The notes under the pieces were generated by a model. That model did no database searches. It had not been told where the DNA came from and saw only the letters and a program-made list of their open reading frames with translations. The translations under genes and the position numbers were made by a program. Source: Eledone cirrhosa (lineage: Eukaryota). From it: DNA of 64,000 nt. Of this stretch, positions 11,582 through 22,755 are shown in pieces (positions within the stretch are counted from its first letter, which is position 1; the number at the start of each line of letters is the position of its first letter). The DNA lies in the NCBI GenBank assembly GCA_964016885.1, contig OZ024742.1:274288001-274352000 (forward strand), given 5' to 3'.

Positions 11582-14580
11582 CAAACAAACAAATTAACAA
11601 CACACCAAAACAATTAAAACCATCCACTCTCGCCTCTACATTTTTGCTTAACGCCCAAGGCATCAGCCCTTCCACCAATACTCAAAAATGGAAGATCAAA
11701 TTCCTGGAGGACTGGATTGATGTCCATCCAAACCACATCCCTTTCTTCGTCCTCACTGAAACCCATCTCAGTAACCTCCACTTGGAAGCCGAGGTGAAAG
11801 TGAAAAATTTCAAAGCCATCCGTGCTGATCGCGCTGGCAGAAGAAAGGGCGGAACTGCCATTTATGTCCATAATTCTTTCTCAACAGAGGCTATGAACAT
11901 ATTCACTAATGGATACTGTGAGGCAGTCACTGTATTCAGCCAAACCAACAACCTATTAGTAGTTGGGCTCTATAGGCCACCCCAAACGCCTGTACCATGC
12001 TTCAAGGAATGCCTCAACAGCATAAAGTGTTTCATCCAAGAGTGTCACCCTGACAACATCTTAATGATGGGGGACTTCAACCTCCCCGGAGTTGACTGGT
12101 CCACAAACACCCTGCCACCAGGTTCTTCTGCCTCAACCTCTGACAGGGAAGCTGTGGAATCGCTTCTTGACTTCATGGATGATTTCTTCCTATCCCAACT
12201 AGTGCTCGAACCAACGAGGTGCCACAAAAACGTCCTAGACTTAATTTTCAGCAATCACACTGACAATATCCACAATATTGCAGTGGAGAAAACTCTACTC
12301 TCTGATCATGACATGGTTCTCTGTGATCTGAGATTCCACCGTCCAATATACAAACCCAATGTCATCTCTCCTGTCCATCCGTTTGACGCTATGGATTTCC
12401 ACAATGCAAACTGGGAAGCGATCAGTCATGATCTTGCACATGTCGACTGGTCCTTCACGCACACTCATACACCCACTAACATCAAAAAGTCCTGGCAGAC
12501 ATTTGTGGACACTGTTACAAACATATGTGCTAAACACACCCCATTAAGAACTATAAACAAATCTAAGAGCAGAATCCCTAGAAATAGAAAAACGCTCATC
12601 AGAAAAATTAAGAGAACGAACAAAAAAATCAACAAGCTGAAATACTGTCAGCAGCAACACATCAACTTGACTGCCATTTCATCACTAGAGATTAAAAAAC
12701 ATAACCTCCAAAACAACATAATGTCCCTCATCAACAATCAGAGAAGAGCTGAAGAGGCCTGGGCCATTGAGAAGATCAAACTCAATCCCAAAGTGTTCTT
12801 TTCATTTGCAAAAAAACACAAAATCACTGGCTCTACTGTTGGCCCTCTAATTGATGAAAATGGCACTCTTCAAGACAATGCTAAAACCATGGGTGAGATA
12901 CTGCAGAAACAATACTGCTCTGTTTTCAGCAATCCTGATATGGCCGATCTGGGCTGTATCGGCGATGTTACTCCCCATTACACCTTATCGGACATAACGT
13001 TTGGCGCCCCTGATGTCTTGGCGGCAATAAAGGAAATCAAGCATAATTCAGCAGTAGGTCCCGATAGGTTCCCTGCTTGTGTCTTGAAGGCGTGTCAACA
13101 CCAACTTGCTTCTCCTCTTGCCAATCTGTGGCGGAACTCACTGGATGCTGGATATGTGCCAGAAAACCTTCTATCCCAGTCTGTTGTCCCAGTTTTCAAA
13201 AAGGGAAACAAATCCCTTGCCGTGAATTACCGTCCAATCTCACTCACCTCTCATATCATTAAGGTATTTGAGCGAGTGGTGAGATCGCGAATGACCCACT
13301 TCCTTGAGAGTAACAATATGCTGAACTCCAACCAGCATGGATTCCGTAATGGAAGGGATTGCCTGACGCAACTACTGCATCACTTTGATGACATTTTGAG
13401 AGCCTTGGGAGAGGGTTCCAACACTGATGTTATCTACCTTGATTTCAGCAAGGCCTTTGACAGGGTTGATCATAACATTCTACTGAGAAAGCTGTCCAAT
13501 ATTGGTGTCACTGGAAAGCTGCTGCAGTGGATCAAGAGCTTCCTGTCAAACAGAACCCAACATGTTGTAGTTGAGGGAGTCAAATCAAGCCCAGCCAAAG
13601 TCAGTAGTGGAGTCCCACAAGGCACTGTGTTGGGCCCACTTCTCTTCATCATCTATATTAATGACATCATCAAACACAGCAACATTAAAATTTTCGCTGA
13701 TGATTCCAAGCTCCAAAAGGTCATCAATGGCGTGGATGACCGGATAAGCCTTCAGTCAGACCTACTGGCTGTTACCCAATGGGCAGAAAAGAACAACATG
13801 TTACTGAACGAAGACAAATTCGAACTGATCCACTTTGGAAAAGAGGATGCTCTGAAACTCCCGTACTCCCTTCCCTCCGGGGAAACTCTCGTGGCATCTA
13901 ACAACATCAGAGACTTGGGAGTAACCGTGGACAGCAACATAAGCTGGACCACGCATATAAGCAGCAAAGTTGACATGGCCCGCAGAATGTGTTCCTGGAT
14001 CCTCAGAACCTTCCAGTCGAGAGATTCCCGCACCATTATCCTTCTCTTCTCTACTTTCGCCCGACCACACCTTGAATACTGTTGTCCACTGTGGTCTCCC
14101 CACATGAAACAAAGTATCATGAAACTTGAAGCTCCTCAAAGGGCAATCACGAAAAAGATAGATGGCATGTCAGACCTTGACTACTGGGGTCGATTGGAAA
14201 ACCTGAAACTTTACTCACTCCAACGTCGCCGTGAGCGTTATATTATCTGCATGATGTGGAAAATGTTCCATCATCACTGCCCAAATGATGTTGGCATCGC
14301 CTTCAAGATACACCCAAGGCTTGGGCCCCGTGCTATCCGTCCCATTCAAAAATCTAAATCGCAACTCATAACAACAATACGGCACAATTATTTCACCTCA
14401 ATCGGCCCTGCTCTCTTCAACATCACACCAGGACACGTCAAAACAGAAACTGACCACACAAAATTCAAGAAGTCTTTGGACAAATTCCTCCAAGTAATCC
14501 CGGACAAACCACCCACACCCGGATATGTCTCCGCAAACAGTAATTCTCTTCTCGAATGGGCCATGGTGCCCAAATCCTGA
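11569..14580 (+). CDS. LINE ORF2: apurinic endonuclease plus reverse transcriptase, 1003 aa without a stop
   Basis: APE motifs LNAQG, LTETHL, LYRPP, GDFNLP, LDLIFSN and SDH. RT motifs YRPISLTS, QHGFR, DFSKAFD, GVPQGTVLGP, FADD and LEYCCPLWSPH. Confidence 0.95.
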   Translation: MLPLTNKQINNTPKQLKPSTLASTFLLNAQGISPSTNTQKWKIKFLEDWIDVHPNHIPFFVLTETHLSNLHLEAEVKVKNFKAIRADRAGRRKGGTAIYVHNSFSTEAMNIFTNGYCEAVTVFSQTNNLLVVGLYRPPQTPVPCFKECLNSIKCFIQECHPDNILMMGDFNLPGVDWSTNTLPPGSSASTSDREAVESLLDFMDDFFLSQLVLEPTRCHKNVLDLIFSNHTDNIHNIAVEKTLLSDHDMVLCDLRFHRPIYKPNVISPVHPFDAMDFHNANWEAISHDLAHVDWSFTHTHTPTNIKKSWQTFVDTVTNICAKHTPLRTINKSKSRIPRNRKTLIRKIKRTNKKINKLKYCQQQHINLTAISSLEIKKHNLQNNIMSLINNQRRAEEAWAIEKIKLNPKVFFSFAKKHKITGSTVGPLIDENGTLQDNAKTMGEILQKQYCSVFSNPDMADLGCIGDVTPHYTLSDITFGAPDVLAAIKEIKHNSAVGPDRFPACVLKACQHQLASPLANLWRNSLDAGYVPENLLSQSVVPVFKKGNKSLAVNYRPISLTSHIIKVFERVVRSRMTHFLESNNMLNSNQHGFRNGRDCLTQLLHHFDDILRALGEGSNTDVIYLDFSKAFDRVDHNILLRKLSNIGVTGKLLQWIKSFLSNRTQHVVVEGVKSSPAKVSSGVPQGTVLGPLLFIIYINDIIKHSNIKIFADDSKLQKVINGVDDRISLQSDLLAVTQWAEKNNMLLNEDKFELIHFGKEDALKLPYSLPSGETLVASNNIRDLGVTVDSNISWTTHISSKVDMARRMCSWILRTFQSRDSRTIILLFSTFARPHLEYCCPLWSPHMKQSIMKLEAPQRAITKKIDGMSDLDYWGRLENLKLYSLQRRRERYIICMMWKMFHHHCPNDVGIAFKIHPRLGPRAIRPIQKSKSQLITTIRHNYFTSIGPALFNITPGHVKTETDHTKFKKSLDKFLQVIPDKPPTPGYVSANSNSLLEWAMVPKS

Positions 14581-14678
14581 ATTGAAAGACTTCGCCATGT
14601 GGTGCTATTAAGTTAGACATGGCCTGGGCCAATACTGGCCAAAACATTTCAAAGTTATTCAAAGTTATATATATATAT

Positions 14679-15780
14679 AAGCAGAAGGGATATTCAATTT
14701 GTGCATTGTTGCCTAATATATGCAGACAGATGGTGCAGTGCACCTTACTGCTGCGTTAGTGCGGCAGAAACTCGAGTTCGGGAACCTCACAGGCACCCGT
14801 CTTACGTGTGCTGTGTTGAATCACATAACTTTGTGTATACTCTGGGAATGTATCTTACATTGCCCATGGAGTGCGGTGAGATACATCCGGTACTGGCATT
14901 GATAAATATGCTGGGTCCGTCAACACTTATTATTATTATCTACCAACTAGCGGACTATTGGGAGTAAGTTAAACAATGTTTCACTTTTTATTGTGTTTTT
15001 GTTTGGATATGCACACTTTTTTCCTGCTATTAATTTTGTCTCTCACTCTTTTAAGTTTTGAAATAGACTGGTTATCTACGCACGCGGCTGACACATTTCA
15101 GCTCGCTACTATATTGCTATATAATGGATGATCGCATTTAAAGTCCGTTAAAGGTTATTGGCACCACCATTGTTACCATCGCTTTCCTCTAGCCATGGGG
15201 CTTGGATACATGAACCGAATGCTACTATTCTATTTTATATCAATGTGAACTGCTATTTCTAATGGTCATCTTTTCACCCCTTGATAATTTGTGTGTGAGA
15301 CACGTTGGCTGAGGGCTTCTGACAGGAATGAAAAGATTGATTCTTTTTAGCTTCCCGTCCCCACGTAAAATTTGTAAATCAGTGGCTGGTTGAGAGATAG
15401 AGTACTATCGGGTGCCAGTTGCTAATAGCTTTACCATGTCCGTCGTCACAAACAGTCATGGCCGGCATACACTGGTCTTAGGATTCTGTCGATCGATTGG
15501 TTATTGATTAGGCGATACCCGCTGATGAAGCCGCATAAGCCGATTGTGCATTGTTGCATAATATATGCAGACAGATGGTGCAGTGCACCTTACTGCTGCA
15601 TTAGTGCGGCAGAAACTCGAGTCCGGGAACCTTATAGGCACCCGTTTTACGTGTGTTGTGTTGAAGCAAATAATTTGTGCATATTCTGGTAATGTATCTT
15701 ACATTGCCGATGGAGTTCGCTGAGATACAACCGGTAGTGGCATTGATAAATATGGTGGGTCCATCAACCCTTATTATTAT
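14679..15780 (+). mobile_element. Non-coding HHR-containing element with about 240-bp direct repeats (845-nt period), retrozyme-like
   Basis: 14699-14939 repeats at 15544-15780. A complete HHR overlaps the second repeat. The interior has no ORF and the flanks are (TA)n. Confidence 0.7.
15518..15627 (+). ncRNA. Type I hammerhead with expanded (about 83 nt) stem II
   Basis: CCCG-CTGATGA-a-GCCGCA...TGCGGC-a-GAAA-CTCGAG-TC-CGGG, with palindromic stem III and a GUC site at 15623. Confidence 0.8.
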
Positions 15781-15955
15781 ATATATATATATATATTTGT
15801 TAGAATATATATATGTGTTTCTGTCTATATTATATCTGTATTTTTTTACCGTTGGTCAGTCAATGGTAAACATTGAGGACTGAATAAATTAACTGATATA
15901 AATGATACAGAAGCGAAAACCAACCAAACAGTGTGTTCTGTTATTAATTCTGGCA

Positions 15956-16021
<66 letters not shown>

Positions 16022-16027
<6 letters not shown>

Positions 16028-17662
16028 ACAGAGGAGTACAGTTAAAAAAGCTATTTGGTTCAAGCTTATTGAGAGTGGGGTGTGTGGGTGCGACGTTTCA
16101 GGCATAAGCCCTTCATCAGGAGAGTGGTGGGAGAAGGCGGAGGAACTCCGAGGGGTGGGGAGAGTTAGGGGGAGTTAGGGGAAAACATAAAAATTAAAAT
16201 AACATATGAGTTGGAATATAAAATTTAAAAACAAGTGGTGAAAGGATGCGAGGCGTGTAGAGTTGCTGGTAGGTGGGGCTGATGGAGGGAGAGGGGAGAG
16301 TGAGAAAGAGGGGGAAGGAAAGGAGTGGTCCGAGCGGGGAAGGTAGAAGGTGGAAGGTGGAGCGTGTGTATGTGCATGCGTGGATATGGCTGTGAGAGTT
16401 TTCGGGACAACGAAGTTCCATGCTTGGGTTTGGGAAAACCATTGTGTACGATGGGGTGGAGTGTAAGTCTGAGTATGTGTGTGCGTGTGTGTGTAGATGG
16501 AGAGAGGTTGGATTGGGTGGGAGAGATCGTGCGAAATCCGGAGGCGGAGTGGGTGTACGTGAGGATACACACGTGTGTGTGTGTTTTTGTGTGGTGTTGA
16601 TACGTGGAAGTATATGGGTGCGTGTGTGCGAAAATGGTGGAAGTGTTTGTGTGTGTGAGTGTTCCTGAATGGTTTTCCGATGTGTGTGTGGAAAGATGGT
16701 GCAAATCCGGGTAGTAATCTCGTAGATATCCTGAGAGTGTGACCAATGTGGTAGGGACCGTGGAATTGGTGAGGAGGAAGTAGAATGTTGTAGTGCGGAC
16801 GCAACAGGAAGTAGAAGGATAGAGTGGCGGTGTGTGGAGAGGGGTTGTGTGTATACTAGTGGTGTTGTTGGTAGGATGTGTGTGGGGGGGGGGTGATAGT
16901 ACGGGGGAGTGAGAGAAGGTGCTGGGTACTCTGTATGGTGGGTGTGTATGAGTGGTTGTGTATATACTGGTGTGTGTGTGCGTGTTTTGGGTATGAGTGC
17001 GTGTGTGTGGTAGGGTGGGTGTTAGTATTATTAGTGGTCGAATATGGGTGTGTGGGTGGGGGTTTGTGGTGGTAGTACGGGTCTGTAGTGGTTTGTGTAT
17101 GAAGGTGTGTGTGTGCGTATGTGCATTGTGAGGGGGAATATGGGTTGGGGTGTTTAGTATTATTAGAGGTAATGTGGTCGAATATGGATGTGTAGGTGGG
17201 CGTTAGTGGTGGTAGTAGGGTGTGTGAATAGTGTGAGTGAGTGTATAAATATATATACTGGTGTGTGTGCGTGTTGAGGGTGTAGGTGTGGGTGTGGTAG
17301 GGTGTTAGTGTTATTAGTGGTGGGATGGGTCATTGTGGGTGTGGGGGTGGTTGGAAGTAGAGGCGTCGGACTGGAAGCGTCGGAAGAGGCGGCGGATGGT
17401 TCGTTGGAGCTGTAGAGTGGTGGGGTTGTAGGTGAGGGGAAGGGGAGCCGGTGGTCGGGGGCTAAGGATGGAGCGGTGGACTGCGTGAGGACAGGTGAGG
17501 GTGGCGTGGACAAGGCAGGGGGGTAATCCCTCCAGAGAAAGAACCTGGGCTTCAAACTCAGCATCACGGCTGCAGAGTCGGAGGAACCGGAGGAGTTGGG
17601 AATAATGGAGTGTTTTGTATGTGTATGGTGGTGATGTGGTGAAGTCGAGGTAGGAGTGGAAG
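16022..17662 (-). mobile_element. Degenerate, internally deleted PLE related to 6296-10470
   Basis: HSYLDFT..YSQLLRFLRLCSRDAEFEAQ, a similar CA-rich tail and the same HHR family. Confidence 0.8.
16091..16120 (-). ncRNA. Minimal hammerhead (same family as 10352)
   Basis: Minus strand C-CTGATGA-a-GGGCttatGCCT-GAAA-CG-TC-G. Confidence 0.7.
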
Positions 17663-17722
17663 ATATATATGTATATAATATTCAACGAAAAATCAGTGGT
17701 GCATGTGGACTCAATTTATTGT

Positions 17723-17810
17723 GTGTTACAATTGTTTCGCCGGCAGACAGCTCGAGACACGATCATTGTATGGATCTGTCTGGTTCTAGAACTGCAGGTT
17801 CGTCAGACAC
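17723..17810 (-). ncRNA. Type I hammerhead with expanded (about 61 nt) stem II
   Basis: Minus strand GTGT-CTGACGA-aCCtGCAG...CTGCcGGc-GAAA-CAATTG-TA-ACAC. A short tail then a TA-rich tract follows. Confidence 0.75.
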
Positions 17811-17950
17811 TTCCAATAATTTCGGAAGAAATTTTCTCACTCTATAATATATCAAATTTTCTCACTTTATATTATATCACACTCTGCTCTGTAAGAACAT
17901 AGAGTGCTCAACTGGCATACCGCCTATGGAAGCATCATAACTACCATTAA

Positions 17951-18007
17951 ACACACACACACACACAAACAAACACACACACACACACACGCACATATAT
18001 ATATATA

Positions 18008-18104
<97 letters not shown>

Positions 18105-18105
18105 T

Positions 18106-18136
<31 letters not shown>

Positions 18137-18143
18137 TTATATA

Positions 18144-18203
<60 letters not shown>

Positions 18204-18245
18204 AAGAGAGAGAGGGAGGGGGGTGGGGAGGGTTCAGAGAGAGAA
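17951..18245. repeat. Compound (CA)n/(TA)n/(GA)n microsatellite
   Basis: Direct inspection. Confidence 0.9.
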
Positions 18246-18632
18246 AGGGAGATATGCAGAATTTGCGAATTCACACAAACTTCTATGCAACCTACCACCC
18301 ATACATATATACACACAGATATTCATCTTACGATAAACGTTGTTCCATTGTCAATTCGGTTTCGACACGTTATTTCCTCATTTTCAGTGCCTCCAAACAT
18401 ACAGCTGACATCTCATTATCCATTTCCTTTCAATGCAATATAAGTGTCGCTAAGCCTGCAATTGTAAACGAAGCCCTGTTCTCCATACTCTTACATTGCT
18501 AATGTAAGTAAAAGCATTTTGACATATATCTGGAATAAAAGTAATGTTACTAGTCACGTGGATGTGCATCATAGAAAAGTATTTTTTTCCACTGCAGAGC
18601 AGAAGCACTCTGTTAAAAAAAAATTCAATAAT

Positions 18633-18662
<30 letters not shown>

Positions 18663-18663
<1 letters not shown>

Positions 18664-19390
18664 CTAGCAGAATGGCTCGGCGTTGCACGGACTTCTAAAC
18701 ATAGATTGGTATGTTTATCCCTCCTTTCTGAAACAGTACAGAGAAGTACAGAATACCTCGGCCTGGGGATGGTGTCTACATTTTGTGCTTATAATAAAAT
18801 TCGTCGTAGATTACCAGGGGTTTAAATTAATTGGGTGCCTGAGAGTAAAATGTTTAACCCACGAAAGCCAAGAGGATAGGTTTAAGTAAAAAGGCATTCG
18901 ACAAACCGAACATGTATTTGTTCTGTTATGGTACAATGAAAGCAACAGTTAGAGAGTAGTAAGCATGTGGGGCTGCAGTGGTGGAGAGCATGAAGGAATT
19001 TATTTGGATACTTTAATATTACAAAATCTACCCAATCTGTTATATACCGAACTGTTATATCGGATGCCGAACGCTTCGGAGATACTATTGGGGTCACCAT
19101 CAACAATTTCAAGGGATGTACGTTTAAGTAGGTATAATATAGTCTATAAAGAGAGGTAACTCTTTCAAAATACGAAAGAGTTGATTCTCTTGAACATTGT
19201 AGACAAAATTGCCGGCAAAAATGGCTTAAAGTTTTAGTGAAAAAAAACGCGTTTAACTACAGAAAATTCATAAATAAAAGCTGCAGTTAATATCTTTAGA
19301 CAACAAGGAATATATAAATGTAAGTTTGAAGTCAATCGGAGTAGAAGTGTGGATTTGTATAGAATTAGGACACACACACACATACAACTT
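18663..19390 (+). mobile_element. Possible non-autonomous Helitron-like (Lep1/HINE-type) repeat
   Basis: Begins ACTAGCAGAATGGCTCGGCGTTGCACGGA after (TA)n and ends AAGTTTGAAGTCAATCGG...(CA)n. These termini resemble such families from recollection only. Confidence 0.35.
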
Positions 19391-19441
19391 CAAGTCAACT
19401 TGGCAAGCTATTTAGAATACTGGTTTAACCGCTTTACCTCC

Positions 19442-19474
19442 CTCCGACGAAGAGATATTATCTCGAAAATTAAG
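19442..19474 (+). ncRNA. Minimal hammerhead-like motif (U4C core)
   Basis: CT-CCGACGA-a-GAGATattATCTC-GAAA-AT-TA-AG. About 120 nt of tail follows, then (TA)n. Confidence 0.55.
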
Positions 19475-19592
19475 AACAGTTAAATAAATCTAAGGTAAAA
19501 GACTAATTGTCAACAATATCTTTTGCATTTGCATTCTTTATTCTATGTCCATACCTGCATTGTTTTGGTTTTATTATATATATACAAACGTT

Positions 19593-19624
<32 letters not shown>

Positions 19625-19628
<4 letters not shown>

Positions 19629-19833
19629 TTCACAGAGAATCGCATTTCGGCGAGTACGAAAAGCGAAACGTAAAGAAAATTCCGAGTCATGCTGGCAAGC
19701 GGTCCATAGGCTAAAAAGACCACAGCAATAAACATGGTTATAAATACGAACTGAGAAGGCGTTCAAGAGGCCATTAACCTCCTAAGCCAAAAAACAAGTC
19801 AAGCTAAACAGATCAGACAAAACAAATGACATA

Positions 19834-19838
<5 letters not shown>
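19625..19838 (+). repeat. Unclassified repeat of about 210 bp ending in (TA)n (copies at 20250-20468 and partial 25318-25408)
   Basis: Direct alignment by eye. Confidence 0.8.
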
Positions 19839-19868
<30 letters not shown>

Positions 19869-19871
19869 CAA

Positions 19872-20004
19872 ACCTGGACCCTTGGAATTGATGGTAACAT
19901 CCAGTAAAGTGTTTCTGCCACACCTAAATCAATAATACTGTCTGCGTAAAAAAATAAGCTTTTGGTATAATGATCGAACGAGGAATATCACGTTATCAAC
20001 AGGT
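19872..20004 (-). ncRNA. Hammerhead with U3:A8 core and expanded stems II and III (diverged copy of 27717-27849)
   Basis: Minus strand ACCTG-TTGATAA...GAAA-C..G-TC-CAGGT. Confidence 0.55.
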
Positions 20005-20465
20005 ATTTTGTTCTGCGCCAGTGTTGTGGATGACACAGTGTTTTGTAAAAGAACATGTTTAACTCACAGGGGAAAACCCCCAGATTTTGGCAAATGAAGT
20101 CAGTATGTGTAAATTCATGCAAACAAATGCATAAATAGCACAACTCGAATAAGTTCAGGACTGGTTGTTTTTAAAATAAACTTATGCAATTAATCTGTCA
20201 ATAGAATTATTAACAGGTTAATTGTAAGGCTCGGGAGATTAATACAAATATAAATTCAGCGTGAATCGCATTTCGGCGGGTAGAAAAAGCGAAATGTAAC
20301 GCAAGTTCCGAATAGTGCTGGCAAGCGCTCCATGGGCTAAAATGACCAGAGCAATAAACATAGGTTGTAAACACCATACAAACTGAGAAGGCGATCAAGA
20401 GGCCATTAACGACCTAAGCCAAAAATCAAGTCAAGCTAGACAGGTCAGACAAAATAAGTGACATA

Positions 20466-20535
<70 letters not shown>

Positions 20536-20576
20536 CGAAACATAAGTCAATTGGATGAACTCATAATCCTTTATTT

Positions 20577-20632
20577 ACTGGTATATATATTTCGATGATA
20601 GCCATTGAATGGCTATGACCTCATCAGGCAGT
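20577..20632 (-). ncRNA. Hammerhead in a solo segment of about 170 bp between (TA)n tracts
   Basis: Minus strand ACTGc-CTGATGA-GGTcATAGCCAttcaaTGGCTATcATC-GAAA-TATATA-TA-cCAGT. Confidence 0.7.
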
Positions 20633-20700
20633 TAGTCAGTCCTTAGATATGCCAACTCTGTGCTTATAGTATTGATGGTATCAGAGCCTTGGGTAATATC

Positions 20701-20754
<54 letters not shown>

Positions 20755-20757
<3 letters not shown>

Positions 20758-21348
20758 ACACACAACCCAAGAAATGCGGAAGCTTACAACACTATTCACA
20801 AGAACATCCCACTACTAAAACAAAACCCGAGAATGAAAAAAGCCCTTGAAACACACAAAATAATCAAAAGCAAAAGACAACCAAAATCACTGAAAACATT
20901 ACTCACCAATGCCAAATTACCTACCACAAACCCACAACCAAGTATAAAAAAATGTGGTCGCTCTAATTGTGGAACCTGCACTCACCTCATTGAAGGCAAC
21001 ACGTATACATTTAAATCAGGACTAAATTTTACTGTAAAAAATCACTTCACTTGCTCATCAAAAAATCTACTTTATGCCATTAAATGTAAAGGATGCAATG
21101 AAGATTATATAGGACAAACTAAACTCACACTCAGAAACAGAATGACAGTTCATCGCCAACAATTACGAGATCCAACCACGAGACAGATACCACTAAGTGC
21201 ACATCTAGACATTTGCGCAAGTAATAAGACACCCAAATTCCAAGTCTTCCCATTTTACCTTTGCGCTAACAATACAACAGAACAAATACGAATAAATAAG
21301 GATAATATGTTTATTCAAAAATATAGACCAGCATTAAATATGGGTTAA
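20755..21348 (+). pseudogene. PLE GIY-YIG endonuclease region (5'-truncated)
   Basis: [11 protein letters not shown] and [29 protein letters not shown]. Confidence 0.85.
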
Positions 21349-21539
21349 TATACATTATGTCAACACCATAATATGACATACACACACACACATAACACTT
21401 TAGAAAATAAAAAACGGAACTAAATAAACCTTAACATACGTTTGCACTGACAATACAACAGAACAAATACGAATAAGTAAAGAAAATATCTTCATTCAAA
21501 AATATTCCTACTAAAGGAATCATTTTCCTACACACACAC

Positions 21540-21582
<43 letters not shown>

Positions 21583-21812
21583 TCTTCATCTTAACATGCT
21601 AACCATACTCCCACACACATAACAACCCCCACACCCACAACTCTCTCCCCCATTTCTACTAATAGAACGACTTTCCTACACACATATATACACACACACA
21701 CAAAATATATATTCTCTCCATCTTAACATACTCGCACACACACACATAACACACATATACACACACACACAACTCCCTCCCCCATTTCTACTAATAGAAT
21801 CATCTTCCAATA

Positions 21813-21865
<53 letters not shown>

Positions 21866-22719
21866 GCACACAAATAAACATACATATCTTTACTTCAATA
21901 GAAAATCTGAACTCTGACACCCCAGCGAACTAACCATATTCACTGAACCAGAACAATTCTCCCATCCCATTTCTCTTGACCACTATCTTTTCCTTGTCAT
22001 AACATTCTCTATAAAGGCTACAGAATAGATTTCCAAATAAGGGCGCGAAGATGTAATGAAAACGTGTTCACGTGACAGCCAAATTTCATTTATAACCAAT
22101 CGAATTACGTTTATTAAAAAAAGCCTTCGTGAGCCACCTTTTTTTAAGTAAAAAAAAATTCAAACACACACACACAACACACACACGCACACACACACAA
22201 GCACACAAATAAACATACATATCTTTACTTTCTTTATTCAATAGAAAATCTGAATTCTGACACCCCAGCGAACTAACCATATTCACTGAACCAGAACAAT
22301 TCACCCATCCCATTTCTCTTGACCATTATCTTTTACTGATCATAAAATTCTATAAAAAGGCTACAGAATGGATTTCCAAATAAGGGCGCGAAAATTTAAT
22401 GAAAACTTGTTCACGTGACAGCATAATTTCATTTATAACCAATCAAAAATAAGCCTTCATGAGCCCCTTTTTTAAAGTAAAAAGAAATTCAAACACTCAT
22501 ATATGAAAAAACAACCTGTGACCCCCCCCCCCCCCATACTCTTGCTCGAAGAACTATTGTAACGCGAACTGGCACAAAATTTATTATAATTATTGACCAA
22601 CCAATCAAATTACTTCTCGAAAAACCTGGCATTTCGAGCCACTTTTTCCATATAAAACAAGTAACATTCAGAGACCAACCAAATGTGAGAAAAACCACAG
22701 ACCCTCCATCTCAACTCTA

Positions 22720-22755
22720 CTTTTGAAAAGCAGAAGAACTGCGCAACCGGTAAAG
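22720..22755 (+). ncRNA. Mutated copy of the U3:A8 minimal hammerhead (GAAA changed to GCAA)
   Basis: CTT-TTGAAAA-GCAGaagaaCTGC-GCAA-CCGG-TA-AAG. Confidence 0.55.

Larger units (their letters stand above)
11028..14667 (+). mobile_element. CR1-group LINE, 5'-truncated within ORF1
   Basis: ORF1 remnant plus APE-RT ORF2. The short 3' UTR ends in two copies of TTCAAAGTTA, and (TA)n lies on both sides. Confidence 0.9.

Noticed and set aside
18345-18392. Minus-strand CTGAAAA...GAAAC motif
   Set aside because: Core mismatch and no convincing stems.
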